Assembly (NCBI GenBank): GCA_046563655.1
Contig: CM102287.1
Coordinates: 8,618,001 to 8,682,000 of the forward strand
Direction of reading: 5' to 3'
DNA: 64,000 bases
From: Yuukianura sp. NJ FZ-2021
Taxonomy: Eukaryota
Shown here: one piece after another, positions 1 through 15,000 of the stretch
Layout of the letters: each line of letters starts with the position of its first letter
How positions within the stretch are numbered: position 1 is the stretch's first letter
Made by a program: the position numbers and the translations under genes
The notes under the pieces: model-generated
What the model saw: the letters and a program-made list of their open reading frames with translations, nothing else
Database searches by the model: none
Told to the model about the DNA's origin: nothing

Positions 1-3000
1 AACCCTACTCAACGCACAAGGTTAGCCCTACACGAGCTCCCTACTTTCACATACCTTCACCCAGGCAGGACTAGGCGACCAACTTACGCCATAACCTTGC
101 TCTCCCCTCCCCTTGTCAGTCACAGCTTCCCACTTTGTAGCGTTACGCAATGCACCTTAAGCTTAAACTTATGCTTAGGGTAGAGTTCCCATAATGTTAT
201 AGTTACCACAACCAAAACCTGAGAAACGACAGTGTCCCTGTTCCATTCCCAACTCCCCTCAAAAATATATCAACCTAACCGAAAACATAACATAACCAAC
301 GCATAAAGTCCTTGCAAAACAACTCCACACTTTCAAAAAAAAACTTAATTTTCAAAAAAAAGCCTTTTAAAACAAAATTTCCTAACCACAACAGTTCGCC
401 ATTTACTACTCAAACACTTGTTGAAAACTTTCACTTTCAAAACTTTCCCCAACTCTCCAGAGCCAAACAACTTTTTTACATGACACATAATGTTAGTTAA
501 AAAAGACATTTCTATTGGAAAAGTTTCCAAATTGTTGTTTTTCTGCATTTTTCCTCGCAAAAACACATTTAAAAAGTAATTGCGTTAAGTGGTTCATGAA
601 TCATATCCTATAGCATTTTAGAAGGTGCCAAGTACTGGACCACATTTTTCAGCACCTTTTTTTTCCTAAGAAAACACAAAACCGCAATTGCGTTTTTCCT
701 CTTATCCTGCCGAAACCACTTACATTACAATCCTATTTGCAAATTTTTTGCAACACAGATATCTGACGCGCCAAAAAATTTTTTTGCAACATTCCAGCTA
801 GTACAAGTGGATTCGTTCAAGTTGTTGATTTTCCTAAGCCTATGCTCCACGTGTAGTGTTGTGACTGTGCCATTGCAAATATTACGTCCTCAGGAAAGCC
901 GTGCAAAAAGCTTGCAAAAACGAGGAGCTGCCGGAGTGCCAATGCCAAAAGCGTGCAAAAAGTTTGCGAAAACTCTTCCAGCCCACTTCGACTCTTCTTC
1001 ACCCTTCCTCCAGAGCTGAACTGGTGGGTTGAACTTTCCCAGCGTCTCTGACCTCGTGTAGCAGTTGAATCCAGTCCAACAGAATGGATCCTCCGCTGAC
1101 CTTGAGCAATACAGAATGGCAATGCCAAGGAGAGTGAGTCAGTGTCATGCCCATTCCCAACACACTACTTGCCCTTGTTCCTCATCTACGTTAGGTTAGG
1201 CTAGGTGGATGTCCCTGGTGAAAGGCCGCTGTTGCCTTGGTTCCATTGCCACGGCCAAGGGCACCGCTTGACCTCCACCTTCAGAGGACGCAACTCCAGA
1301 ACCCAGACGACCTTCACTTCCTTTCACAAGCACCAACTCAACACAAATACACTGTTTACCAGTGCACCTTCAATACATTCGGCCTCAAAACAATTTTTTC
1401 AATCAGTTTCATCACACAAACTGTTTTTAAAATGTTTCCAAAGAATTTCCAACAAAATTAACCAGAATTTTCCATAAGATTTTCAGAAGTTTCAACAAGA
1501 TTTTACCTCGTTTAAATAATCCTGTGAGAATTTTCGATAAGAATTCTCACAATTTCCAAACAAAACACGTCTCCCCTCAAACTACAATAATTTGAATTTT
1601 CATACAACAAAAATGCATTCATTCAACTAATTTCGGATTTAACAGCTTTTTGCGAACAAAAATTATTGAATAGAAAAAGTTGGGCGTTCAAACAAACTGC
1701 CAGACCTACGGTATGGGTATACTTCCTAAAAATTTTAAAATTTCTCAACCGGCAGAAAAGTAGTTTTCGTTTTTGACCAACTGCTGGACTCGTTTTTTCA
1801 TAATCAAGTTTTCTTTCTCAAATTCAGAAATTCAAACCAAAATTTTTGTAATAGCCCACGTGATTAATTTAAAAAGGCAAACAAAGAAAACTCAAACTAA
1901 TTTTTCATTCCGCACACTCCGCTTCCGTGACTCAATTAAATAAAATAAATAAGGATAAATTCAAACAACCTTTCCAGTGAAAGTCTCCAAAGAGCAACTT
2001 TCTCCTGCATGTTCCAAATCTAAAATTAAATTATCCGTTTCTCCTCAAAAGAAACGCATATCCTCTCCCATTGAAAATTCTACTAAAGTCGTCTTCTAAT
2101 TTCTAAAGAATTGATCCTATCCAATCCCATCCAACTCTTTCCAAATCTCACTAGCACGCAAATAGGAACCAAGAAAAAGACCAAATCCAGCATTATTGCT
2201 TCTGAACTTTAGGTCCATTCCAGCAGTATTCTCCCTTTGTAAACTCCTAGACTTTCCAAACCCATTTGGAAACGGATTTTGTCCATTTTTCATGAAGACA
2301 AACTGACTCTACTCTCATAGAAGTTCAAATCCAGTGGAACTACTAAAAGTACATTTCTAGCTGGAAGGTTAGGCTTTTGGTCCTTCTATAAAACCTAGAT
2401 TCGAAAACCTAAAAAACCGTTTTCCAACACTTTGGAAATCGGAAAAAGTCCAATCCGCCCTCTAACCCGCCTCCGCTCTTGTCATTTATTCAATTCAATA
2501 TAATAAAAATGTCCTCTAATACTCTTCTTATAGAGACATACCATAATCCAAACTATCATCCTCTTCCTAACCTTCTCCGTCTTCACTTCCGTCCACTTGA
2601 CCGAGAAAAGCGGGTTAGAGGGCACAGAAAGTAAAACACATTTTTCATTTTATCTTCTTTTTTTTTCAAAATTCAGCTTCAAAAAAGTGGGACGTTAATA
2701 AGGTTAAGTCCAAGAAGTCCTAACCTAAGGAGAGTCCTCCACACTTCTCTCGTCAGCATTTTCAAAACGAAAAATTGAACTTTCGAAATTGACTTTCACC
2801 AAATCTAGGTCTCCAGACCCCGTCCTCAAAATTCTATAAACCAAAAACCAATTTTTCTTCCCTTTTCAAAAAAAAAACCTTCATAACCTTTTAAACTCAT
2901 CTGCTTTGAAAAGTTACAGAACATCCATCATCCACAATCAACTTGGAGTACCTAAATCGCATGCTTTTCTAACATAAGCAAGATTCAATAGTGAAAAGAG

Positions 3001-3014
3001 TGTTTCGTTCTTAC

Positions 3015-6000
3015 CATTTGATGTTCTTGTGCAATTCTGGCCTTCCGCTTCTGCAATTCTTCATATTTCAGCTGCAAAATCAAACACAAAACAATTAGAA
3101 TTCAATTTCATTTTTTTAACACAAAAACGATTTTGAATAGTAGTGGTAAGTCTTTGGCCGATATTTACTTATAATTCAAAAACCGTGAAACTTTGAAACT
3201 AATTTATAAAATCATAAAAAGTGAAAATGAAAAAAAAATCGTTTGAAGATATTACACTAGCACTCTCGGGAATTTTTCGAGAGATCTTTTGATTTTTAAA
3301 ACAACATTCTTTTCGAAAACTTCGGCGTCTGGGAAAATAATACGTTGGTACATTGATTACCGGAAACTGAATTTATAATGACAAAAATTACAGGGAAATT
3401 TTGAAAAAATTTTTGAAACGGAGCGAAATGCTAGCAGACGGAGAGAATGATGAGCTAGGTTTTTAAACAACTCACCCTGTTGATCGTCTGAATAATTCTT
3501 TCATTGGACGGAAGTGAAGACATGGTAGTAACACAGTCCTGCGAAATTTGAAAAAAATAAAACCAGTTATAAGAAAGTCAAAATTTGAAAATCTAAAACA
3601 CAAGTTATTTTTCCGATCAGTTTGACCTCTGACCCCTAGTTAGCCAGCCTTCAATACTACCCCGTTCCTGCTAATGTACTTTCACTTTTTCAAAACAAAA
3701 TTTCAAACTTTGCAACTCTCCCCTTTCATTAAACTTCTACTGCCCTAATGCACAGAACCGTACAGTTTACAGCCTATTCTTAGCAAATGCAATTAGTCAA
3801 TTTGCTCTAATTAACCACCCTATTGTTCAAAATTCGCTTTCATCAATTACTCACACTTTACTCTCGCCGCAAAACCGAATTTTCGGATATGATCCACACA
3901 ATGCAGGAAAAAATGGCTTTTCCCTAGTAATTTCTAAAAAGAAATGCAAAAATACGTTTACTCTCATCGACAAAAGTCCAAATACATCCTAAAATAGAGT
4001 TCAAATTCTGAGAAAGTACTTTGGAATTGTCGACAATAAGTAAATACTAAAAGTCTCGTGAGTCATCTGCTCTTAAAATTTTATTTTCTATCTACTAACC
4101 TTTGCCTACATTTTCTCTAATTCTGTGACTCACTTCAAATAATTTTACAATGACAATAGAAAAATAAAATTTCCCCTTATTATTACTAACTCGACTTGGC
4201 GGACATATTTTAAACAAGGGTTAACTTTTAACGCAACAGTGAAAGTTAGATCAAGAATGCGATTTTAATCTGCTCCTTACTGCATACCAACTAAACAAAA
4301 ATCGGACTGCAAACACACGACGTGAACCTCCGAAATTTCCAAACGACGCTAATAAACCACAAGTTCAACATAATCTAAGAAATTCTGTTTTTTTTTAAAT
4401 TGAGGAATTTTGAACTTTGATTTTAGTAAATTGAGAAAACTTACGTGTTGGATATGGTTAGCCGATGCGACGTGCCTTTCCTCAGACGGTTGTTGTTGAA
4501 AAGACGCCGATTTCTGATTAATTCCTGCCTGCTGAAGTCTTGGTTTCGTGAGTACCGTAGTTTTGCGAGTAGCTTCTCCATTGCCATGAATTCTGAGTGT
4601 TCTAAAGAGTCTAGCTAGACCAAGTCTCCGACTCAATTTAGAAAGGTTAGCCAACGTTCGACATCCATTTGAACTCTGAGAAGAGGGTGATGATGGAAAA
4701 GATAAAACTTTTGGTCCATTTCCTCCAGTCGCTCCTACAAAACCAAACCAAAAGAAAAATGAGAGGAAACTCTCTGGGAGAAAATGAGGAAGAAAAACGA
4801 AAAAAGTAATTTGAGTAATTTCACGTCCTCGACTTTCTTTCTGTTCCAACCAGCTTGTTGGTCCGAACTTTTCAAAAGAAAAGTAGATAAAAGCGATTCA
4901 AGCGATTCCAGCGATCCTAAGACATAAAACTAACTTTGTGCCTCCCGCTCTTTACCACACATCCGCTGAACGTGTCCAATTACAAAAGACAATGGTTTTG
5001 CACCAAGAAAATTTGAGAAGCTTTTGCGCAAAAGAAAGAATGAAGAAAGAAGCTTTTAGTTTCGCACAAAAGAAATCGAAGCTCAAGTGAAAATTCGATC
5101 CGCCTTTTTCAAAATTCATGTCACCCAGAAAACTTTCTTTTGATTTTCAACTAGATTTTGGAAAATTCCTGTTCTCTTTTTTGAAATTGTGGACAAGGGA
5201 GAGCAAACAAGTGGAAATCGGTCTGTACTTTCACCGAGTTTATGAAAAATGGAAAAAGCTTTAGGAGAAGTGGAGAGTTGATGGTTGTAGATGGAGAAAG
5301 TCATAAAGCGATAGCCGTGAATTGCAAAAACATGTTGATGGCCCCCTAGGTGCTCGTAGTCATTCAAGTGGAAAATCCAACTTATGAAGAAATGGTTGTG
5401 GAGACGATGGTTGTTCCATTACTTTCTTCCTTCCAATGGGGTCCCATCAACATCAAACACATTCCGATTCCCCTCTAACCTCTTTTCTCTCTACAAAATT
5501 GGAAAAATATTTTAATTCAAATAATTCGCAACGCTCAACTTACGGTTCACCAAAAAATGGAATTTTCGCAACACTCTTTCCAGTTTAAATACAATCTCGA
5601 ATTCCTTTCGCCATCAAAAACTTTCATAACGCCTTCAATTTTGTAAAACTTGGTTTTACCTTCGAAAAAATTTTTAAACAAGCATTTCTATTTTAAATTT
5701 TAACGAAAACTAAAAAACTCCAAAACTAAAAAAGACAGAAACAAAGCTATTGGAGTAAGAATTCGTCCAAGAAAAAATAGTCCTAAATCTTAGAATTTTT
5801 AGATCAAATGCTCAGTAACCAAAAAAAAAAATTCCGAAAAACTTGACATAGGCTTTCGTATGCTGACCAAAACAAATATGCGAAAAAAAAATCAAATGAA
5901 ATCGCCATTTCAAAAAATACAAAAAACTGGTGAACTTTGAAAGAGATCAAAATAGCTATCACAACCCTATTCTACTAAACTACTAAAGTCGATTTTTTTT

Positions 6001-9000
6001 TCAAATTCTAAACTAAAAAAATTTTAGTTTTATTTAGCTTTTAAAGTTTCCCACTTTTCGTTCCAAATTGATTTGTTTTTCTTTTGAACTTATGAAGTTG
6101 GTTTGTATTAAATTCATTTCGTTTTCCCTCGTTCTGTTTCTCCTCTTACCCGATGAAGACGGAGAAAGTTAGGAGAAAGTTAATCTCGTCCTAGCCAGAG
6201 TCCCAGCACTTCTACTCTAAAATGAACACAGAATCCATGTTCTAATGTTCTCCTACTCCAAAGTTAGGCCAAAGGAAAGTAGTACTGGGATAATAAACCA
6301 TTATTCCTCGGAGACTAATCTTAAGTTAAACCTTTCCAGATTATGCACTCCCACTTCCACTTTCTCCTCCGCTTTTCAAATCTTAGTCTCCCGCTTTCTA
6401 ACCAACTTCCAAGTTAGAGGGATTGCAGATTGCAAAAGCATAGCAGCACAATCTCATTGTTCTCATAAAGCAACTCTTGTTTTCCAGCCTGTTGACGTCA
6501 ACCGGAAGATGGAAAACGGGGGGCTCAAATACCAACTTAGCGCTTCCTTCTTAGTCTACCGGATTTGAATAAAGACATAACATAACAAAAGCAATAACTT
6601 TCCATGGCTTTTTCGTCGACAACAAAACAGTAGACGTTAATTTGATCAAACCCAAAAAATCTTACAAATCCTATTAACACTAGCAATGACAAGAGAGTCT
6701 GGAGTTAGAAAACCAAAATGTCAACTGTGTCAAATTAAATTAAAACCTACCAAACTCCCAGAATTTCAGTATTTGGGGCCGAAGCCTACCAAAAATTAGC
6801 ACAACAAAATCTGATGTACGCAAATTTTAGTTCAAAAAATTAATTCGACTAAGCTGAAATACCATTAGCCTGCCAATTTCTGTTTAAAAGCAGTCGACCA
6901 TTTGTCCGTCTACAAAATTGCTCTTGACAGGATCTCAACCCTGCCAAACCATTTAATGCAGCTTATAATTTCTTCTCAACTTTATGCAACTTCTTGGTTT
7001 AAACTGTATTTAAACCAAACCGAAAAGAGGATGGGGTGGAGGAGGAGGATAAGAAAGTATAATATTCTGTGCAAAGGAGAAAGTAAATGTCCAAAGTAAT
7101 AAGGATTAGACTGCACTTTAGAAAGGGCTCCAGATTTAGACAAACTTTAGTTAAGAATTAAACTCTTTAGCAGCTTAAGTTCCTTCAACCTAGCCCTAAA
7201 CTTGCTTTTCCTTTTACACAGAACAATAGGATCCATCTATCTCCTCCGCCAAAATTCAAAATACCAAAATTCCACCACAAATTCAAATTCCATTAACTCC
7301 ACCGTCCAAAATGAAAATCTGTCTTCATCTGCTGCCCTCAATTTCCAGAACCTAAAACCCCGACTAGTTTAGCACCAAACAAAGGTGTTAAATAAATCTA
7401 ATTTAGAAATTTCATTTGAGCTGCCACTAAACCAAACTCAGAGAGTTTACCACCTAAACCCTAGCTAGGAACATCGTAAATTAAATACTGTTGGTTAGGT
7501 TTTTAGAAACAAGAGCAACAAAATTTGTAGTCAGAAAACACTGAAAGTCCAGCGGAGTTGTTTAGGAGAGAAAGACAATTAAATTCCAACGTTAAACTAA
7601 ACGGAGAAAGGAAGACAAGACAAACAAGGAATTGGACGACGAGATGAAAGAGATTACAAATTTAGCACGACTTTCACCCCACAACAAAAACGCTTTTGCC
7701 GCCGCCTCTAATTTGGCACAGTCTCCTCCGCCTGCGGTCAAAAACGCTTTTAGTACAAACAAATTCCTACGTTTTAAACCCAAAAACCTAAATTCTGAAA
7801 GTTCAGTCCAGTTCAGCTTCAACCACTTCTGAGCAAGTCCAAAATCATTCAAAAAATCGCACATTTTCAAAAATGTTTACCGCTTCTCACCAGAAGATTC
7901 AAAATCTTTCGAATTTCTTTTTGTAATCATAGGTTATGCCAGCTGAAAATTACCAAACTGTTAAAAAATACGTCAAACGCAAATCTTATTAAAAAAAACT
8001 CCTAAAACTTTAAAAATCATCTGAAAACTTTTCGTTTTGTTTTTACAAAAAAAAAACGATTTCATTTGCTTCCTTCCTATTTTCTTCTATTTCTCGATTT
8101 CCGGACTGGTGCAAGGTTGAAGTTAACACGGGAAAAGTAAATGCACCAAATTTGACCGGAGAAAGTCAATGACCTCCACTTCAAATTCACCTCAAATTCC
8201 GAAAATCCGAATTTAGTAGAATCAAGCTCAACCCATTATCGTTCCTTTCACCATTGTTTTGTACTCCATGTTCCTTCCACTTCCTAATTTCTAATCTTCT
8301 CAGCCTCCACTTTCACTTCTGATCTGATTTCCCAATCCCATTAATCCCCTCCTCTTACAAACAACTTCCGTAGCTTACGGCCTCACAAATCCAACAATCT
8401 AGGAACCTCGAAACAACAGAATTACTTCATTTGACCTCTGACCTTACACAGAACTTGCGAAAGTCTAGTATAAGGAAAGTCGTAAATTGGAGGTTGATAC
8501 ACAAGGGATTTATTTGTGGTTGGTTGCTGATGATAATAAAGCATCAACAAAGCAAAGCTTTCTCTCCCGCTCCCTAAATGAGAAAATTCCAATTAAGAAC
8601 TTACCTTTTCTGGAGCTTCCTTCCAGCACATTCACATACGTCGGCGTCGAATGGCTCGTAAGTAGGCTTGCACTTCGATGAAGCGGTGTTAGAGGCGCAC
8701 CGCCGCCGCGGTTTCCACGCACCGTCCCGTTTTCACTGTCTTCACAGCCCACCACACAGGAAAGTGAAGTCTTTGATTTAGACTTTCCTTTTGATCTAAA
8801 CGGAGAGTACCTGCAAAAAATTCAGAACAAAAGAACAAAGTTAAGCTTACTACCTCAAATCTCAGTTTTTCAAATAGAAATTCCATGTCACACAAAACTT
8901 TCTTAGCCTAAATTCTCAAATTCTCGTACCTTCTGTACCACACAAAAAGTCGCTTTAAGCGCTTGAACTCTGCTTTTCCCACTTTTTCTAAAAAATTTTC

Positions 9001-12000
9001 CTAACCACTCGGAGCAAAGTCTCGCCCAAATCTGTTTCAAGCCTCAATAACTCTTGTTCAAATCTTACAAAATCCTTAGGTTCAACTCTCTCCTTTTCGT
9101 TTTTCTGACTAACCTACTTTCTCTTTTCTCTTTCTCGTAAAAACCTAAAAAACGTAAAAACCTAACCCGAAATCAGTCAAATCCTCGACTATACTCATGA
9201 TTCTCCCTCATCCGTCACCACTAACAATTGAACACGTAAAAAAGAAAAGAAAAGAAAACAGAAGAACTAATCCATCCAATTTATTCTTAGCGTCGATATT
9301 TCTCATTTCCCAGAGGAAGGAAATCTAGGAAGAGACAAGTGAAGAAGAAAGATTGGATAGATCTCTTTCTTATACCAATTTCTACTTTCTCCTTTCCCCA
9401 TGCTACCTCCGGAACCAGTTTCCATTTAACTCTCCAAAGGAGAAACGTACATTAAGAAACTACTTTTTCTCCAAAACCCTTCCACACAATTTGAACTGGA
9501 AAGTCAAGAGAACTCCCGCCACTGCCGCAAAGTGGTGAAAGATAAAAGGACCCCGAAAATAAGAGGTGAACATCCACCTACACTTCCAAAAGTCCAAAGA
9601 AAGAAAAACCAAAAGACTTTGTCGTAATCATCTCTGCTGCCAGAATTTCATTTTCATCCAAAATTTTCGAATTTCATTGTCAATAACACTTGCCTGAGAC
9701 AAAATCCATCGAAAACAAAATTTCCACTTTGGAAAAAAAAAAAACAGTAAGAGAAAAAAAAACACAAATTCTGGGGAAAAAATCTTAACAGTCCTTCAAA
9801 AAGCAAAAATTTGATTAAAATGACAAAAATTTTAGCGTAAATGGAAATTAACTACTATAAAGGCGCGAAATCTACGACAAGTGAAGGAGAAATGTGTCGC
9901 TTTCTCTGACTTTTGTTCATTTAGGGAACAAGGAGAAAGAAAAGGGCGGGCAACAAGGCGCGCAGAACGGGCGGGCGGAATTCGGGAAATAATGCAATAA
10001 GACCAAAGAGCTCTTCGGTGTAAGGAATTCCTTAGAAGAAAACCTACTTTCTGCTTCTACTTCTGGAATGGCCTTTCTCTCTCTTAGTTTCGCTAATATA
10101 AAGTGAAACTACCATTGTCATTCTACTCCTTTCTTTCCATTCTCCACTCAACTGAACAAAAAGGAGGTCAACTTCATTTTGACCTTTGCAGAAAAACCTA
10201 ACTTCAAAAACTAGCCGCCCAACGACACATTTCGCTCAGATTTTTTTCTTAAAATTCTTGAATCTCAAGTGCTCTATGGAAAATGTAGTGCCTACCGTAA
10301 GGAGAACCGGAAAAACTGAAAAACCGTGAAATTAGTCTCATCCACGGTCAGAATATTTTTGAGCGACTTCTAATCATTGCATCGGCTACTGTAACTTATT
10401 ACGATCCTGCTTGACTTGTTTCACTGCAATTCAAGTCACAAAATTTGAAAATTGGACGATAGTTTTTCGAATTTCGAATTCTTAAGCGCAAAGATGCTAA
10501 GAAGACGAAAGAGACGTGGGAAGCTGAAGCTGTAGGTTTCACTCCTTAGAAATCTGCACTCAAGCGATAAGTGTTTCCAAAAAGGAACTTTTACCAGGGA
10601 GAAAGGCAAGGACTTAAGTCTCCTAGCCCATAAAGTCATGAGAAATGGAAAGTAAGTGAAAGTGAAGGAGGATGAATCCCTTCATGTGTAGAAATAATAA
10701 TTTGTTCCTGTAAATGGAAACGCGTCCTATTCACCTACCTTCTCCACCACCACCAAAAGCATAAGTTAACTCAACCGAAACGCCAACCTGGCTTCAGCAG
10801 CCTACTAATAACGTCTTACTTACTCTCCATGGTTTCACCAAAAAATAATTCAAAAAGAAAAATTCTCAAAATTTCGAATTTCTGCACAACATTAACGCTG
10901 TTCCAAATTTTCTACACCTCACACGAAAAGCTAAAATTAGCCAAAAAGTTGGAAAAGCTTTATGCCCATCATTTCTCTCTCTTTCGCTCAAAATATCTCA
11001 AACCCAACCTGTATTTACTATTGGCATCGAGATAATTTTTGGGATATTTTTCCAGATATTTCTTATGTCAGAAGTGTTACGAAATTGTCACTTACATTTT
11101 GGCTGGTGACGACTGGTAGTGTCGATTTCTCTGAATTGGCGGAGCGTAGTCATAAATGTCATCTCGGTCCATCAGGCAGCTCGAGGGCTACAAAAATACA
11201 AAAAAGACAAAATTGAAAAGGGAAATTGCAACTTCATTGTAACTTCTTTTAAAACATATTTTGAATTGTACATTTCCTCCATATGTTAACGTGATATTGA
11301 ATGAGGTAAACGGAGTGGGAAATGGGATTTAGATTTTTGAGAATCTTCAAGGGAAAAAAAGACAAGAAGACTATGGGAGTGTGAGCAGATGCCTTTGCAA
11401 AACGGATTTCCATCCATCTGAAATCAATAGGGAAATTGAAAAGTGTAACCTACGACTTTTCCTACACTAACTTTTCACATATGTGGAGAAAGTTAGTGTC
11501 AAGGGGGGAAGGCTAATGTCTTCTATTTCTCAAGTAAGGAAGTGTTGGAAGTTACTACACAAGGCACAACCTGCTGTTACAAAATCGTTTTCAACCCAGC
11601 ACCATCCGGAAACTTATGAGGAAATAATGTATCCGTTTTAATCCAATTTTAACTTACACTTTCACCAGGGGCACTTTTTCAAAAATTTTCCCAAAAACTC
11701 ACATTCGCCATTTGATTTTCCGTAAACTCCCAACTTACGGTATCCGGAAAAATCAAAACCGGTGGAAATCGAAAATCACTTTCAGGGATTTCCGATTTTG
11801 ATTTTTCGAGTATCAATTTCGAACACGATTTTCTAAGAAATTCTAACTTGTAGTATTGAGCAACAAAATTTTAACTTCGCTTGTCTGCAAAATTCAAAAA
11901 TCGTTCAAAATCGATTTCAGGTTTTTATAGAAATGCGGATTAAATCTAAGAACTAAAATTTTACGCGAAATTCCAATGTACAGTGTCTACGTGTAAATAA

Positions 12001-15000
12001 AAATTAAAAAATCGTTGAAATTTGAAAATTTCAGTGATTTTATTTTTTATCTTACAAAACCCAATTTCTATAAAATACAAAAAGCGAATTTATGACTTAC
12101 ACAACTGAACTTAATTTCATCAACAAAATATTAAAAACTTACGGAATAAATCCCCGGTGTGTAAATCTGTCTATTTCTGGTCGGAGTTGGGAGGTTGGGC
12201 GGTACGCCGACGCAGTTGAGTTCGTTGTCATAGCCGGGCGGTGGATTCAGTCCAGAAAGTCTGTCACTTTCACATGCACTGGACACGATAACATGTTCAA
12301 GGTACTGGTGATGTGGATACGGAAGATGTGTCGGTGTTCTGTAATTGTTTGGCCCTCCTCTACTGCCAATTTCCTCATAAGTATTATTCAGTTGACATTC
12401 CTCGTAGTCAAATTCTCTACAATTGATATTGGACGCCATACTGCCTCCTATGTGTTTCTTCGGAGTTGATCTCTGTTGCTGACCATAAAATTGGTTTGCC
12501 TCTATTGACGACAGCAGTCCTGACACCGTGGGAACCACCACAACGCCTCTTCCAGCGTGACCGTTCGCCAGCGGTTCAACTGCCACGGAATCTCTCTGTC
12601 TCCTGGACAATGTACTTGACTTTGGACTGGATCCAGACGAATGTCTCTTTGTCGTTGGCCTAATGTGATCATGAAGTCCACTTGTTAGGTTGAGATTAGG
12701 TTGGAGTTGCAGGACGTCCAGGCCACAGTTAAGTCCATTCCGATTAGACTTCTTAGCTCCAGCGTCTTTCTTTGCAAGACTGCTGCACGTCGGTGGCCCA
12801 CGATACCATCCGCCGTTTTTCAGCGTCGTCTTCTCCTTAGCAGTCGTTCCAGGCCCACCTTCCCACCAATGCTGCTCCTGACCTTCTTCTGGCGTTGTAG
12901 AACTACTGCCAGTATTCCTACTGCCAGTATTTCTGTTTCCAGTCGTTGGATTCCTTGGATCGTAGCACTTTCTCGAAACCAAGTCCGGTTCAATTCCCGA
13001 ACTCGAATCCAAATCTTCAGACTCAACTTTTCTGTGTGCTGTGGACTGTAGTACGCCAGATCCATACAAATGAGCACTTCTGAGACACCCTCCAATACTC
13101 TCCTGTGTCAATTCACTACTCAAGTGTTGTCCAAATGGTCTGGATGGGTCCGGATGCTGCTGGAAACACACACAAAAGACTAGGATGAAAATAAAGTTAG
13201 ATTTAAGGGGTCCAGACAGTTGGTGAAAGTACACTTGAGTCAAAGTAAAAGTTTAGGAGCAGCAGAAGGCTGGTGGTTGGTGAGTAAAATGCTTTTTTCA
13301 GAGTGTGCATACAGAAGATTCATCATGTTCCTCCTGCCACTTCTGTCAGTTGGGAGAGATTTAGTTTGTCAAGTTACATGAAAATGTAAGTTACATCTTA
13401 CATCACTCATGCAAATCAAGTACCTCGTTTTCCCCTGATTTACCGACATTTCAAGTTCTGCAAGCACATAATGCTGTAATAGACTTTGTAACATTCGCCA
13501 AAAAAAAGTTTTCGAAAGCAAACTTTCCCGGGTCACAGCGGGGTCACGGTGGTGTGCCACAATCTGCTACTTTTACTCCCGCGTTTCCAAAAAAAAATCC
13601 AAAATCCATCAACTTTCACTCGTCAGGAAGATTGACGCCAAAACAAATTTTTTGTAAAAATTTGTTTCGAAAAATGCATATGAAATCAGATCTCCTGATC
13701 CAAAATCGATAGAAGTAACTCTCGAATTCAAAGTTTCAAAAACCAAGTTTCAAATTTTGAAATAAAAAAAAGGCTTGCTTGTCTCTAATTTTGAAAACTT
13801 GTATCGAGTGCTAAAACTACATAATACCAATGCTTGATATCAAAATTTTAAAAACTGAGTTTCTTGAAAAAATAACTTTGACTCCTCTCAATAAAAAATT
13901 ATTCACAGATTCTGCCATTTCCCCTTTTCTTTTTATCCAGTTCCTTACTGATTCGAGTTTTTTTTAAATGCACTGGATATTAATTTCCTTCAAAATTTTG
14001 TAAAACCTATCCATTTCTCTCCAAAAAAAAACTTTTTGTCTTTTGCCTAAGCTGTTCCTCTTGAAACTACCGCAATTGCTAACCCTAAGCTCTGCCTTAA
14101 ATCAAGCTCAGTGCCACAAAGTGCTTCTAAAACTCAGAAAACTCGGAATACTTTCACCCACATTTTCTTCATTCCCTGTGCCAACTTCCGCATCTCAGAT
14201 CTCCTTTAACCCAAACTTTATAAAAAGGAACCCCTTCACTTCGGTCAGACTTTCCTCCAAAACAAGTTTCTCTTTTCAAAAAGCCATGTTACTTTTTCAC
14301 CTCCAAGATTTACTCTTTCCGTTCACTTTCCAACTAATGCCCAACTCTAGTCCTGATCTCCGCGTGACATAAATGGAGCTTCTGAGTAAGAAATAAACAC
14401 AAAAGCCAAGTCCAAACAGAAACAGAAATTGTGACATTGAAATCCTCAGCAAGATCCCAAGTCTTTGGCACTCCCGCCAACAATTTCTCCCCACAACACA
14501 CTTTTACCCCCTGTTTCGATGCATTTTCTCCATTGTATTTTGTGTTAGGTTAACCTAACCTTTTGTGTTAAAACTTTTTGCTTACTCCCACCAACTACTA
14601 CAACAGACAGATGGAAATGGAAAGCTAAGAGAGAAAGTCAGAAAGAACCACACGAAAGACAGACTCTGTTCTATTCCATTCCTATTATTGACTCTGGCCT
14701 CTCTGCCTTGACAGTTCAGACGTTTCGGATTTTCCTTCAGCTTGATTGCCCTGCCACAGCCCTAGCTACCGCAAATCTCCAAATAATTCCACTTCCAAAA
14801 AAATGCTCAGCCTTTCGCTTCCATTAGTTCAGCACGAAAACCCTAAAAAAAACTGCTACCTAGCATAATATTTGGAATTTTACGGTACTGGCTTCTCCTT
14901 TCACAATTCCTAACCTCCTCCATCATTCTGATCTCAGTTGATCCCTCACCCGACATTCAGTTTTTTTTTCTGTCCTGACTTTTGGACTCCGGACTCTTGG

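Noticed and set aside
807..1477. ORFs 807-1019, 817-1128 and 1205-1477 as genes or further exons
   Set aside because: No recognisable domain and no convincing splice-site pair in phase with exon 3071-3015.
7880..7942. AG/GT-bounded block as an extra coding exon of the SAM gene
   Set aside because: It has stops in all three frames from the acceptor, and the flanking exons already join in phase without it. It could still be an alternative start or poison exon.
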